64,000 nt of DNA, from NCBI GenBank assembly GCA_041937175.2, contig CP166615.1:832001-896000 (forward strand). Direction: 5' to 3'. Source of the DNA: Limnothrix sp. BL-A-16 (GTDB taxonomy: Bacteria; Cyanobacteriota; Cyanobacteriia; CACIAM-69d). Within the stretch, counting starts at the first letter, position 1, and each line of letters begins with the position of its first letter. Shown here piece after piece: positions 51,610-62,880 of the stretch. Under the pieces are notes generated by a model. That model ran no database searches, was not told the origin of the DNA, and saw nothing but the letters and a program-made list of their open reading frames with translations. The position numbers and the translations under genes are program-made.

Positions 51610-52866
51610 CTAGTCCCGCTCCGTGCGTACCCATTCCGTCTGTCGCCGCTTCAGGAATCCCAGATAAATGGGTACTTTTTGCAGCACATAGATCGGAATC
51701 ATCAGCAACATGCGGGCCGACAGGAACGGCCGCCCCACTCGCCACCAAGCCAGGCCGATCGCCCCAAACAAGACCAACCCCAACACCCCCATCCCGATCG
51801 CGGGTTGCCAGCGCCCCACCAGGGCTCCCAAACCGGTCACCGCGATCGCCGCGCCCACCCAAATCATCACCAAAAACGACAGGGGCGGCACCAGCAAATC
51901 CAACCCCATCACCAGCAGGGGGCCATTTCCGGTGCGAATGGCCCGCCCCAACAACGGCGGCACCACGGAAATCATCGTCTGCAAATGACCATGTTCCCAG
52001 CGGGTGCGTTGGCTGGTGGCGGCGCTTTCGGCCTGGGGCAACCGACCGGTCACGGGCGCATCGGGGCAAAACAAGGGCGGAGAGCCGGCCACCGTCAGAT
52101 CAATGCCCATTTGCATATCCTCCACCAGATTGCCGCTGGCGAGGGGGAGTTGGGCGATCGCCTGCCAAGGAAACGCCATCCCCGTCCCATTTAACAAACA
52201 GGGCAACCCCAGCCGCCGCAATCCCTCCGATCGGGCAAAATTCTTGACCGCAAAGGCAAAGGCCGAAACCCGCCGCGCCGCACTGGGAGAGGGCGGCAGT
52301 TCCATCAAGTAGCGCCCTTGTACCGGGCGATCGTACTTCAGCGCCCATTGCCCCAAACGATCCAAACTACCCGGCTCCAGGGTGCAATCCGCATCCACAA
52401 TCACCACCACTTCCGGCGGCTCCTGGGCCAACACTTGCACCCCAAAATCGAGAGCATAGCCCTTGCCCCGCTGCTCGCTGTTGAAGCGCTCCGCCACGGT
52501 CGCGCCGGCCGATCGGGCCAGTTCCGCCGTGGCATCGGTGCAGTTATCCGCCACCACCAATAGTTGATCGCCCGGTTGCAACTGGGGCTGAATGGCTTGG
52601 ATGGTTGTCCCGATCGAGGCCGCCTCATTGTGAGCCGGAATCAGCACCGCCACCCTGGGCCGTCGCCAGCCCGCCGTGGAGGGCGATCGGCCAAAACCCG
52701 GCAACAGCCCTCCCACCAAACACTCGATCGCCAACATCGCGATCGGCAACGATACCAGACCCGTCACGCCCCACAGGGCCCACTCCACTCCCAAGGCGAC
52801 CTCAACCACCCCGGATTCAAGCAGCAGCGGCGGCATCGGTTGCCAGATTGAGAAGCAGTTAGCCAT
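51610..52866 (-). CDS. glycosyltransferase family 2
   Basis: IPAHNE, ADNCTD, GKGYAL, DAD, VED, QRTRW; C-terminal TM segments; start uncertain. Confidence 0.9.
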   Translation of the reverse strand: MANCFSIWQPMPPLLLESGVVEVALGVEWALWGVTGLVSLPIAMLAIECLVGGLLPGFGRSPSTAGWRRPRVAVLIPAHNEAASIGTTIQAIQPQLQPGDQLLVVADNCTDATAELARSAGATVAERFNSEQRGKGYALDFGVQVLAQEPPEVVVIVDADCTLEPGSLDRLGQWALKYDRPVQGRYLMELPPSPSAARRVSAFAFAVKNFARSEGLRRLGLPCLLNGTGMAFPWQAIAQLPLASGNLVEDMQMGIDLTVAGSPPLFCPDAPVTGRLPQAESAATSQRTRWEHGHLQTMISVVPPLLGRAIRTGNGPLLVMGLDLLVPPLSFLVMIWVGAAIAVTGLGALVGRWQPAIGMGVLGLVLFGAIGLAWWRVGRPFLSARMLLMIPIYVLQKVPIYLGFLKRRQTEWVRTERD

Positions 52867-53600
52867 AGGTCGATCGCCTGGGAAATAAAGAGTCTCTTGG
52901 TGATTGGTTGAGCGAATCGCCTCCGCCACCCCCAAGGGCCAGTTCAGGGCCCCATGAGCGCCAAATTTGCGCCAAATAGGCCAATCACCGGCACTTCACC
53001 TAGCTGAAACATCAGTCGCAATACTCGTCAAAACACCCTTAATCGGCCCCATTCTGCCTAAAACCACAGGGCTTGCAAAGGGCTTCAGTCAAGAATTGCC
53101 AGCTTGAGAGAACTTCCCCATTGTCTCCAATCGGCTTAATTCAACCCCAATTCAGACTCGATTCAAATGGGGAAATTCATTGGCCAGTTTTTTAAAGACT
53201 TTTTGAATGATTGATCGAAAAACGATTATCTTGATGCTCTCAATCACAGTGGGCATTATGATAGCTTCATAAGGATCCGGGGTGCAAGCCAGCATTGGGC
53301 AAGGCCATTACAGCTATTAATTGGGTATCACGATTAGGCCCTGGATGAAACAGGCAAATTGGGTCGTTGAACTGAGCCATTGAATTCGGCAATTAGACCA
53401 ATTTTGACCTAATGGGGAAATTAACCCTGAGGCTGTTCCCCAAGGGTGGATGAATATCACGAGTGCAGCGAGTATGTTTGACCAGATCTCTGGAACGATC
53501 AGCATTTTTGTCTTTCGAGTCACTGATTATCCGTCTCTCATCACTGCACAATCACTCTGAGTGTCACATCTCAATGACTACCTATTTTGGAGAGGCTGCC

Positions 53601-54995
53601 ATGACCTCGATCGCACCCAAGGTTCCGATTCTGAACATCACGCTCGACAACATTTCTCAACAGAAGTTGTTGGCAAATTTGAAACGGGGCGGTTGGGTGA
53701 CCACGCCCAATATTGATCATTTGGTTAAAACTCGGAAAGATGAGGTTTTTGACACGATCTATCACAAAGCCGATTACTTGGTTTGTGATAGCCAGGTTTT
53801 GATCTTTGTGGCCAAGCTGATGGGCTACCACATCACCGACAAAATCTCTGGATCCGATTTCTTTCCGGTTTTTTATGAATATTATGCCCATGACCCAGAG
53901 ATGACTATTTTTCTGCTGGGGGCCATGGAGGGAGTGGCCGAAAAGGCTCGCCATCTAATTAATGAAAAGGTGGGCCGCGAAATGGTCACGGGGGTTTATT
54001 CGCCGCCTTTTGGTTTTGAGCGCGACCCGGCGGAATGCGCCAAGATTGTTGATTTGATTAATCAATCGCGGGCTAATGTTTTGCTGGTGGGAGTTGGCGC
54101 ACCCAAGCAAGAAAAGTGGTTTTATCGCCATCGCCATTTGCTGAAACAGGTGACGGTGGCCTTTGGCTTCGGGGCAACGATCGACTTTGAGGCGGGCAAT
54201 GTGCCCCGATCGCCCCGGTGGATGAGCCATGTGGGTTTGGAGTGGTTGTTTCGGCTGTCCTGTGAGCCAAAGCGTCTTTGGCGGCGCTATTTGGTGGAGA
54301 GTTTGCCATTTTTTATGGATTTGGGGGCAGCCCTGTTGGGTCGCTACCAACTGCACCGACCGATCGGGATCTTGCTGCAAGAGGCGGGGTTTTTAACCGA
54401 AGGGCAATTGCAGGAGCTAATTGAGTGGTATGAACTACGCCAGCCGCTACCCCTAGAACAAATTCTGTTAGCCAAGGGTGTGGTGCAGCCGCCGGTTTTG
54501 CAATTTTTTGAAACGGTTTTGCCACGGTTGGGCGAACGATCGGGGGTGGATCTGCAGTCGCGATCGGCGATCGTCCAGCTTTGTGAACAGGCTGGATTGT
54601 TGACCCCTCAACAGCGCCAGGAACTGGAAGCCAGTGACAGCCCATCGCCGGAATTGGTGGCGATCGAGCGAGGGTGGTTGAGCGCCCAAATGGTGCGGCT
54701 GTTGCAATTGGCGATCCCGTCCGGCGGCCTGACCCTGAAGCCGGAGGCGGCCCTTTACCGAGCTGGGTTGATTGATTTTGATTGGATTGCGGCGGCTCGG
54801 GCCTATCAACGCAATCCCCAGTGGCTAACATTGGGCGAGTTGGCGGTGGCTCGGGGCTTAATTTCCCATCGTCTCTTGGTGTTTATCCAGGAGCACCAAG
54901 CAGAACTGTCAGCCTTGCCCGATCCCCAGGCCCTGCGCGATCGGTTGGTGGCGGCGGGACTGGCCGCGCCCAATGGTTTGGAGAGGGTCGCTTAG
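53601..54995 (+). CDS. WecB/TagA/CpsF (GT26) glycosyltransferase with C-terminal MshEN-like repeats
   Basis: TPNIDHL, SGSD, VGVGAPKQEKW, GLEWLFRL..EPKRLWRRY; GGAGAGG before ATG 53601. Confidence 0.88.
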   Translation: MTSIAPKVPILNITLDNISQQKLLANLKRGGWVTTPNIDHLVKTRKDEVFDTIYHKADYLVCDSQVLIFVAKLMGYHITDKISGSDFFPVFYEYYAHDPEMTIFLLGAMEGVAEKARHLINEKVGREMVTGVYSPPFGFERDPAECAKIVDLINQSRANVLLVGVGAPKQEKWFYRHRHLLKQVTVAFGFGATIDFEAGNVPRSPRWMSHVGLEWLFRLSCEPKRLWRRYLVESLPFFMDLGAALLGRYQLHRPIGILLQEAGFLTEGQLQELIEWYELRQPLPLEQILLAKGVVQPPVLQFFETVLPRLGERSGVDLQSRSAIVQLCEQAGLLTPQQRQELEASDSPSPELVAIERGWLSAQMVRLLQLAIPSGGLTLKPEAALYRAGLIDFDWIAAARAYQRNPQWLTLGELAVARGLISHRLLVFIQEHQAELSALPDPQALRDRLVAAGLAAPNGLERVA

Positions 54996-56611
54996 CGGCC
55001 AGGGCCGTTGAGATATTCGATCGTCCCTCGGGCGATCGCCCAGGCCATTTGCGATCGCCAAGTGGGATTGGTCAGCAGGGCCGCATCTTGTCGGCCCGTC
55101 ACAAAACCGGTTTCCACCAAAATCGAGGGCATTCGACTGTTACGCAGCACATAGAACCGAGCCGTGCGCACCCCGCGATTGCGCATGAACGGAAAGGCGC
55201 GCATGATGCTTTGTTGCACCGCCTGGGCCAACCGACCGCCGGACTGGTGGTAGTAGGTTTCTACGCCGCTCACGTCCGGGCGATTAATGCCCGCTGAGTT
55301 GGCATGGACGCTAATAAAGACGGTGGCATTAATGCGGTTAGCCAACTGGGTGCGCCCATCCAGACTGATAAAGGTGTCGTCATCGCGGGTCAAAACCACG
55401 TCGGCCCCTTGGCGACGCAACAGCGCCGCCAGTTGCAGACTGATATCCAAAACCGCTTGCTTTTCTTGCAGTCCCCCAATCCCGATCGCTCCGGGATCGC
55501 GACCGCCATGGCCCGGATCCACCACAATTCGCACCCGCCGATTCAACATCGGCAGACCGCCCAGGCGAGGATCGGGGTAATCGTTCACCCAGCCGGGCGA
55601 TTGGCCAGAGTTGTCCGGTTGACGGGGCCAGGGCCGCGGCGGCAAAGGATTGGCCGTGGGCGGGGTGGCGGCGGGGGGATTCACGGCGGTGGTGCTGCCG
55701 ATCGGCTGGGCAATCACCAAGCTCTCTTCGGTGCGAGCCTGCCAATCGGGGCTGCTCGGATCCACCACCAACAAAACTCGCACCCGAGGCGGATACCCAC
55801 CCCGTTGGGGAGTGACGATCAGACGGGTTACGCCCGCTCGGCCGCCCACGAGTCGATCGACCCCATTGGTGATCGAGGCGTTATCTAACCAAATTTCGAT
55901 CTGTCGGCGATCGGGGCTGCGGTTCACCGTAATGCCGGGAGTTCCACCGCTCACCCGCAGGGCCAATCCGCCTTCAGACAGTTCCACTCCTTCCACTTGG
56001 GCGATCGGGGAATTGCCGCCCGATCGTTCCAAAACCTCTCGCAACGCGCCGGGAATCCAAGGGCGATCGGAATTGTTGGGGTTATTCGGAGGTGTGGGTT
56101 GTGGGCGATTCCGCTGGCCAGGCAGCACAAGCTGCTGGGGAGGCTGCTGGGCAATCGGTTCTCCGCCCAGTTCTACCGTCCATTGGGTCGGAGACAGGCT
56201 GCGCACCCGCACCCGATCGGGATCAATGCGATAGCCCGGTTGGAATTCGATCGCGATGCGGGTGGTGTTGCGATCGGGCTGGCCCACGCGCACCGCCCGC
56301 ACCATGCCCCCAAACCGCTGTTCTTGAACCGGTTGAGCCAAGGTGGTGTCCGGCAGGTCAATGGCCAGGCGATCGGGCCCCGACACAATTTGGGCCCGGG
56401 GCTGCACCCCTTCATCGGTTGTGAAGCTCAACTGATTGCGCGTCGGATCAAACTGCCAATTCAGCAGTTGCCCGGCCTGGGCTGGCAACGCCGCCACCAA
56501 CGATCCCAGCAGCCCCAACAGCCCGACGGCTGCCATTTGCTTTCCGGGGGCCGACTTCCGACCATCGCCAAACAAACGCAAAGCAACCAAAATTGATCTC
56601 CAACAAACCAA
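54992..56611 (-). CDS. amiC: N-acetylmuramoyl-L-alanine amidase with AMIN domains
   Basis: AMIN (PDRLAIDLP), DPGHGGRDPGA, FISVHAN, SILVETGF; start may be 56536. Confidence 0.88.
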   Translation of the reverse strand: MVCWRSILVALRLFGDGRKSAPGKQMAAVGLLGLLGSLVAALPAQAGQLLNWQFDPTRNQLSFTTDEGVQPRAQIVSGPDRLAIDLPDTTLAQPVQEQRFGGMVRAVRVGQPDRNTTRIAIEFQPGYRIDPDRVRVRSLSPTQWTVELGGEPIAQQPPQQLVLPGQRNRPQPTPPNNPNNSDRPWIPGALREVLERSGGNSPIAQVEGVELSEGGLALRVSGGTPGITVNRSPDRRQIEIWLDNASITNGVDRLVGGRAGVTRLIVTPQRGGYPPRVRVLLVVDPSSPDWQARTEESLVIAQPIGSTTAVNPPAATPPTANPLPPRPWPRQPDNSGQSPGWVNDYPDPRLGGLPMLNRRVRIVVDPGHGGRDPGAIGIGGLQEKQAVLDISLQLAALLRRQGADVVLTRDDDTFISLDGRTQLANRINATVFISVHANSAGINRPDVSGVETYYHQSGGRLAQAVQQSIMRAFPFMRNRGVRTARFYVLRNSRMPSILVETGFVTGRQDAALLTNPTWRSQMAWAIARGTIEYLNGPGR

Positions 56612-56919
56612 AACTGCCGGGCTGATTGGGCGATCGACATTGGCCCGTCTTGGGTGTCACTTCAGACCCATGCGATCGCGCCTTCTTGCCGAATGCAGTT
56701 TAGCGCCCAGGCGAAATTTTGACCAAATTTGATCGTTATTTCGATCGTTACTTTGAGCGTTGGATCGTTGATTAACGTCTCAAGGATTAACGCCTCAAGG
56801 CCGGCGATCGACTTCTGAACGCAGGGCCAACCATCCCCACCCATGCGCCCGATCGATACCCGTAACCCCGGATCCAGATAGACCGACAGCGTAAGCCGAC
56901 AAAATAGACCGACAGAGAT

Positions 56920-57639
56920 CTACAAACGCAACAGCAAATTGGGCCCGTGGGTGTCTGTCCCGCAAGTCATCATCAGCCCAAATCGTTCCGCCAACTCCTT
57001 CACCCGGGCGGTTTGATCGGGGCTAGGAGTCCAAGGGTTGGGATTGTTATAGGCATAGTAAGCCTCCACCCCGTCAATCCCTAGGGTTGCCGCTGCCATA
57101 ATCAGGGGCTTGGCATCCAGGCGATAGCGAGCGGGGTGAGCCAACACGGCAATGCCCCCCGCCTGTTGAATGGCGTGAATCACTCGATCGGCGTAGTAAT
57201 ACTCATCGCGCACGGGCTGCCCTTGCAAATAGGGCTGAATCACATCAGCACTGATATCAAAGGCATAGCCCAGGATATGCACCTCGGTTCCCAGCAACCC
57301 TGCATTGATTTCAACCCCCGTCCACAAATGGGGCACCACCAGCTCAGGGGTCACTGATTTGGCCAATTGCAGTGCTTTGGCCGCAGCCAGATAGCCATTC
57401 ACACTGTGGTGATCGGTAATGGCAAAGCCCTTGAGACCAATTTGCAGGGCCTGGTTAATCAAATCGGTGGGGCTGAGACGGCCATCGGAGGCCGTTGTGT
57501 GCATGTGAAAGTTGTAGTGACGCGGGCAACTCGTCGGAGTCAAAGATTGGAATACGTCCCGCAGCAGCGCCTGGTCTTCAGCCGTCACCGAAGCTGTCAC
57601 CGACAGCGGACTCAAGCCACGGGTAACGCGAGCTGTCAT
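56920..57639 (-). CDS. PHP domain phosphoesterase
   Basis: HMHTTASDG, AITDH, GVEI, LAHP, GTDTHG. Confidence 0.9.
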   Translation of the reverse strand: MTARVTRGLSPLSVTASVTAEDQALLRDVFQSLTPTSCPRHYNFHMHTTASDGRLSPTDLINQALQIGLKGFAITDHHSVNGYLAAAKALQLAKSVTPELVVPHLWTGVEINAGLLGTEVHILGYAFDISADVIQPYLQGQPVRDEYYYADRVIHAIQQAGGIAVLAHPARYRLDAKPLIMAAATLGIDGVEAYYAYNNPNPWTPSPDQTARVKELAERFGLMMTCGTDTHGPNLLLRL

Positions 57640-57971
57640 AGCGACACTCCCAAAGAATGGAGAAAAATGGCTTCACCAATCTTAAACAATTTTTAAAGAC
57701 TTTCTGTTGCAATTCGTCATATGCCATGCATTCGCCATAAATGGTCTTTGGTCAAAAAGGAAACCCTCCAGGATTTCGATGGTTTTAAATGCAAATCAAA
57801 CTATTTTTTGACGATCCCAAACTTTTAGAAAGTTTTTAAAAAGTTTGAGAAAAAGGCAAAAAAATTCCCGACCAATCCTCACGCCTGCCATGGGTCTGTT
57901 TGAGGTGGGGATCGGCCGGGCCAAAACTGCCTCAACTCTGGGATCAGGAGAGTTAGCAGCGTTAGCAAAAA

Positions 57972-58448
57972 TCAATTGATGGTGGTTTGGGTTGCCATGT
58001 CACCCGATCGGGTGCTGAGGGAACCTGGATTGGTGCGCGGCTGCAAGAGGCGGGGAGCGCGATCGAGCATCAATTCTCGACTGAGACCCTCGCGCGCATC
58101 ATCTCGATTCAGCAAACTGCAAATCAGCTCGCCGGGCCCATGGGGGTCAAACACATGGCGGATGCCATCCAGCCCGACCCAAATTCGGCGGCGGCAGTTG
58201 TAGGCCGATCGGGGCCGTTCCACCCCATCCACCGCCACCGTGGCCCGAAACTCCCAGTGTTTCTTGGCACTGCGCTGAATTTTCAGAATGCAAATTTGCT
58301 GACCATGCCAGGGCCGACAAAAATCCGCTGCTTGGGCCGCCGGAGGTTCCAGCCCCCAAACCAGCCCCACTAGCAGGAACCCGGCCAGCACCCAACCCGC
58401 CTGCCAACTCCCAATCCAACGCTTTTGGATCGATCGCCCCTTGGACAC
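57972..58448 (-). CDS. conserved cyanobacterial exported hypothetical protein
   Basis: Signal peptide ending AQA; four Cys; QRSAKKHWEFRA; overlaps the hisB stop by 1 nt. Confidence 0.7.
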   Translation of the reverse strand: MSKGRSIQKRWIGSWQAGWVLAGFLLVGLVWGLEPPAAQAADFCRPWHGQQICILKIQRSAKKHWEFRATVAVDGVERPRSAYNCRRRIWVGLDGIRHVFDPHGPGELICSLLNRDDAREGLSRELMLDRAPRLLQPRTNPGSLSTRSGDMATQTTIN

Positions 58449-59119
58449 TAGAGCACACCCTTGGAACTGGGAATTTTGCCAGCACGACGCGGATCCACCT
58501 CGATCGCCATGCGCATTGCGCGGGCAAAAGCTTTAAAAGTGGCTTCGATGATGTGGTGCGAATTGATGCCGTCCAGTTGGCGAATGTGCAAGGTCATTTG
58601 CGAGTGATTCACCACCGCCACGAAGAATTCCCGTACCAATTGGGTGTCATAGTTGCCCACCCGTTCCGTGGGGATTTGCAGCCCATAGCTCAGGTGGGGC
58701 CGGCCGGAAAAGTCCAACGCCACCTGCACGAGGGCCTCATCCAAGGGGGCGACAAAATGCCCAAACCGGACGATACCCTTGCGATCGCCCAAGGCCTGAT
58801 GCAGCGCTTGGCCGAGGGTGATGCCCACATCTTCGTTGGTGTGGTGATCATCAATATGCACATCCCCGGTGGCTTGGATGTCCAAATCAATCAATCCATG
58901 GGAGGCAATTTGATCGAGCATGTGATCCAAAAAAGGCACGCCGGTCTGGGCGGAGCAACGGCCCGTTCCGTCCAAATTCAAACCGACCTGAACATCGGTT
59001 TCGCCGGTTTTGCGGCTGACGCGGGCGGTGCGATCGGGCGTGAGGATGACGGGGCGATCGAGCATCGGCTGGGTAATTGGCTCGGTGATTGGCTCGGTAA
59101 TTGGCTCAGTGGTTTGCAT
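58448..59119 (-). CDS. hisB: imidazoleglycerol-phosphate dehydratase
   Basis: [39 protein letters not shown]-tail with a 12-bp repeat (TEPI). Confidence 0.96.
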   Translation of the reverse strand: MQTTEPITEPITEPITQPMLDRPVILTPDRTARVSRKTGETDVQVGLNLDGTGRCSAQTGVPFLDHMLDQIASHGLIDLDIQATGDVHIDDHHTNEDVGITLGQALHQALGDRKGIVRFGHFVAPLDEALVQVALDFSGRPHLSYGLQIPTERVGNYDTQLVREFFVAVVNHSQMTLHIRQLDGINSHHIIEATFKAFARAMRMAIEVDPRRAGKIPSSKGVL

Positions 59120-59264
59120 GATTTGAGGAACGATCGGAGGGCAAACGGCAACAGGGGCGATCGGGCAACAGGGGGCGGACAGGGCGATCGCCCATCCAGC
59201 CCCCATGGGTTATGGGTTATGGATCCCAGGACGAATCTTAGGCCGTGGAGGATGGGGCCAACAG

Positions 59265-60044
59265 CTACATTCCAACGATGTTGTAGCCCGCGTCCACATA
59301 AATCACCTGGCCCGTAATCCCGCTAGACAAATCGCTGCACAGAAAGGCCGCCGTGTTGCCCACTTCCACTTGGGTGACCGTGCGGCGCAAGGGAGCCGTT
59401 TCCTCCACGTGGTGAATCATGTCCAAAATGCCGCCCACCGCCGAAGAAGCCAGTGTCCGAATCGGGCCCGCCGAAATGGCATTCACCCGAATTCCCTTTT
59501 CACCCAATTCCGTGGACAAGTAGCGCACGCTGGCTTCCAAGGCCGCCTTGGCCACGCCCATCACGTTGTAGTTCGGCACGGCCCGCACACTGCCCAGGTA
59601 GCTGAGGGTGATGATGCTGCCGTTGTCGTTCAGCAGGGGCTTGGCTGCTGCCGCCAACTTGGTCAGGGAATAGGCGCTGATGTCTAAAGCGCGGGCAAAT
59701 CCTTCGCGGGACGTGTTGCTGAAATCTCCGGTCAGTTCTTCCTTGCCAGCAAAGGCTAGGCAGTGGATCAAGATGTCAAAATTGCTCCACTTGCTCTGGA
59801 TGGTGGTGAAGGTTTCGTCCACCTGGGCATCGTCCTGCACGTTGCAGGGCACCAGGAAAGCGGGGTTGAGGGGTTCAATCAACTCGGCCACTTTCTTTTC
59901 GGCCTTGCCCTTGTCATCGGGGAGATAGGTGGCGGCAATTTCAGCCCCGGCCGCGTGGAGCTGTTGGGCAATGCCCCAGGCGATCGAGCGGTTGTTGGCA
60001 ATCCCCGTAACGAGGGCTTTTTTTCCAGAGAGGTTGAGCAGCAT
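59265..60044 (-). CDS. fabI: enoyl-ACP reductase
   Basis: GIANNRSIAWGIA, YNVMGVAKAALE, SAGPIRTLA. Confidence 0.97.
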   Translation of the reverse strand: MLLNLSGKKALVTGIANNRSIAWGIAQQLHAAGAEIAATYLPDDKGKAEKKVAELIEPLNPAFLVPCNVQDDAQVDETFTTIQSKWSNFDILIHCLAFAGKEELTGDFSNTSREGFARALDISAYSLTKLAAAAKPLLNDNGSIITLSYLGSVRAVPNYNVMGVAKAALEASVRYLSTELGEKGIRVNAISAGPIRTLASSAVGGILDMIHHVEETAPLRRTVTQVEVGNTAAFLCSDLSSGITGQVIYVDAGYNIVGM

Positions 60045-60271
60045 AGGTGTTCTAAATTTCAGCAACAGAATCTCAAATTACAAAATCCCAACATCCACTC
60101 CCAACGCCCACTCAAGATCCCAACACCCACTCAAAATCCCAATCACCGAGTCCCGAGGGCGGTTCCCTTGGCGATCGGGTCAGCGATCGGGCCGTGAGGG
60201 GCTTGATGGGGCGGTGGGGTGGTGCAAAGTTGCCATTCAAGGGGATTGGCAGCCCGTTGTTGACTCAAACC

Positions 60272-60285
60272 GTATCAAAGGCTAC
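60272..60285 (+). promoter_or_regulatory. NtcA-binding site upstream of ntcA
   Basis: GTA-TCAAAGGC-TAC fits GTA-N8-TAC in the fabI/ntcA divergent region. Confidence 0.7.
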
Positions 60286-60528
60286 AACGAGCGAATTACA
60301 ATGTTCGAGATTGTAGTGCTGCGAAGGTGACCTGAATCAGTTTAGACCGGTCAGGGGCTTCTGAAAGACCTTCGCTGGTTTTGAGTTTTGGGCTTTGCGA
60401 TCGCGAACCTAATCGATTGAGATGGGGTTTTGTATCCGCCTTCCAAAAAATCGAACCCGAAAAAAATGCGCGAATCGATCGCGCTTGGTATAACGTTTCT
60501 CAGTAGTTCGGCAGTTCGGCGCAGCGAG

Positions 60529-61200
60529 ATGCCCTTATCAGTAGACAAGCCTTTAGCCGTTGTTTTCCGCCAACTGAGCGGAGATTCTTTCTCACCGCCT
60601 ACCGAGCGGTTTGATCGGGGCAAAACGATTTTTTTCCCGGGTGATCCGGCTGAACGGGTTTACTTTTTGGTGAAAGGGGCCGTGAAACTCTCCCGTGTCT
60701 ATGAGGCCGGTGAGGAAATTACTGTGGCTCTGCTGCGCGAAAACACGGTTTTTGGGGTGTTGTCGCTCCTGACGGGCAATCGATCGGATCGCTTCTATCA
60801 CGCTGTGGCCTTCACGCCCGTGGAGTTGTTGTCGGTGCCGATCGATCGGGTGGAAAAGGCCCTCAAGGATGATCCCGACTTGGCCATGGTGATGCTTCAG
60901 GGGTTGTCATCGCGGATTTTGCAAACGGAGATGATGATTGAAACCCTGGCCCACCGCGATATGGGATCTCGGTTGGTGAGCTTTTTGCTGATTCTGTGCC
61001 GGGATTTTGGGGTTCCCAGCTCCGATGGAATTACGATCGATTTGAAGCTCTCTCACCAAGCCATTGCCGAGGCGATCGGATCCACTCGGGTCACCGTGAC
61101 CCGGCTACTCGGGGATTTGCGCGATCGCAAGGCCATCTCAATCCACAAAAAGAAAATTACGGTACACAACCCCGTGAGCCTGGGGAACCAGTTTACCTAA
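60529..61200 (+). CDS. ntcA: global nitrogen regulator NtcA
   Basis: 223 aa; [50 protein letters not shown]. Confidence 0.98.
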   Translation: MPLSVDKPLAVVFRQLSGDSFSPPTERFDRGKTIFFPGDPAERVYFLVKGAVKLSRVYEAGEEITVALLRENTVFGVLSLLTGNRSDRFYHAVAFTPVELLSVPIDRVEKALKDDPDLAMVMLQGLSSRILQTEMMIETLAHRDMGSRLVSFLLILCRDFGVPSSDGITIDLKLSHQAIAEAIGSTRVTVTRLLGDLRDRKAISIHKKKITVHNPVSLGNQFT

Positions 61201-61286
61201 CCATCCAACGTCCTCGCCCAAACTATCATTGCAAAGGCCTAGATTGTTGGGCAAAGGCCGCTTAAGGAGCGATCGCACAGAGGGCG

Positions 61287-62744
61287 ATGACGATCGGGTA
61301 TGTACTAATTTTGCTAGCCACCTTGGTGTTAGGTGGGGCGATTGCCACCATGGGCGATCGGCTCGGCACCCGCGTGGGCAAAGCTCGCCTCAGCCTGTTT
61401 AACCTGCGACCGCGCCAAACGGCCACCCTCGTCACGATCGTGACCGGCAGCCTGATTTCCGCCTCCACCTTGGGCCTGTTGTTCTTGGCGGGCATTTTTG
61501 AACTCGAAGAAATCCAAACGCGCTTGGGACGGGCCCGGCGGGAACTGGATCAAGCCCGCGTCCAACAGGATCAGGCCCGCGCTGAACTGAGCCAAATCAA
61601 CCGATCGCTGCAAGCCTCCTTGGCCCGGCAAGCCCAAACCCAAAACCGCCTCAACCGGGCCCAAAAGCGCCTGCTCCAGGCCGACAAACAATTCCGGCTC
61701 GCCAAAACCCAACTCACCCAGGTTTCCCGCCGGGCGCGGCAACTGCTGGGCGACATCAAAACCCTCCAGCGCGAGCGGCTCAGTCTGCAAAGTGACCTGC
61801 AACGCCTTGGGGGAGAAAATCGCCAACTTCAGGGAGATCGATCGCGCCTGTTGGATGAGCGATCGGCCCTCGATCGCCAAAATCAAACCCTGATTGCCCA
61901 AAACCGCGATCGCACCGCCCAAATCCGCGATCGGGAACAACGGCTCCAGGACGTGGAATCCCGGCTGCAAGATGCCAACCAGCGGTTTCAGTCGGCCCAA
62001 TCAGAATTGCAGTCCCTGGAAGTTTCCGTTCGGCGGCTGGAGCGGGAATCCCAGGCCCTCCGGGAAGGAAACGTGGCCCTGCGGCGCGGGGAAGTGTTGG
62101 CGGCTGGCATTTTGCGGATTCCGTCCCCCGAAATGACCCAAGCGGCGATCGAGCGGTTGTTAGTGGCCGCCAACCGCGCCGCCCTCGAACGCACCCAGCC
62201 GGGCATCGGAGCCAGTCAGCAGGCCATTTCCCTCTCGCGGGGAGAAGTGGAGCAGGTGATCGCCCAAGTGCGGGACGGTCGCGCCTATTACGTGAAGGTG
62301 ATTTCCACGGCCAACTATCTGACCGGGGAAGAACCGCCTATCCGCGTCGTTTTGGATGTGGCGCTGAATCAAGTTCTCTTTACCCGTCGTGAAACCCTGA
62401 CGGTGACTTCCCTGGATCCTGCCAGCCTGTCGCAACCGGAACTGCGCGATCGCCTGGAACTCGCCTTGGGTCAAGCCCTGTTTCGGGCCCAACGAGCGGG
62501 AGTCGCGGCCGATGGTTTCCGGGTAGAAAATGTGCCGGGTCTGATCCAATTTGTGCGCTGGCTGGAGTCTCAAACCCAACCCGTTGAGGTGCGGGTGATT
62601 GCAGCCCGCGACATTTATACCGCCGGCCCCCTGTCCCTGTCCTTTGTGGCGGTTCGCAATGGCCAGGTGCTCTACGAAATTGAACCACCCCCAAACACCC
62701 CGATTGAATCCCGTCGATCGACTCGCCCCAGGCGCATCGGGTAA
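61287..62744 (+). CDS. DUF3084 coiled-coil membrane protein
   Basis: GGAIATMGDRLG.RVGKARLSLFNLRPRQTA; long coiled coil; typical ntcA neighbour. Confidence 0.85.
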   Translation: MTIGYVLILLATLVLGGAIATMGDRLGTRVGKARLSLFNLRPRQTATLVTIVTGSLISASTLGLLFLAGIFELEEIQTRLGRARRELDQARVQQDQARAELSQINRSLQASLARQAQTQNRLNRAQKRLLQADKQFRLAKTQLTQVSRRARQLLGDIKTLQRERLSLQSDLQRLGGENRQLQGDRSRLLDERSALDRQNQTLIAQNRDRTAQIRDREQRLQDVESRLQDANQRFQSAQSELQSLEVSVRRLERESQALREGNVALRRGEVLAAGILRIPSPEMTQAAIERLLVAANRAALERTQPGIGASQQAISLSRGEVEQVIAQVRDGRAYYVKVISTANYLTGEEPPIRVVLDVALNQVLFTRRETLTVTSLDPASLSQPELRDRLELALGQALFRAQRAGVAADGFRVENVPGLIQFVRWLESQTQPVEVRVIAARDIYTAGPLSLSFVAVRNGQVLYEIEPPPNTPIESRRSTRPRRIG

Positions 62745-62823
62745 GAAAATCTTGCGAATTGGCCGGCCCCTGTCGATCGCCCCTCGGGATCCCGATCCGA
62801 TTTTTGCATCGATGGTGGCGGTG

Positions 62824-62872
62824 CGTAGGGCACAAACCTAAGCATCGGGAATTTGCGAACCGTTGCCCTACG
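62824..62872. repeat. GTAG-flanked inverted repeat between convergent genes
   Basis: CGTAGGGCA ... TGCCCTACG. Confidence 0.5.
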
Positions 62873-62880
62873 ACACCCTA

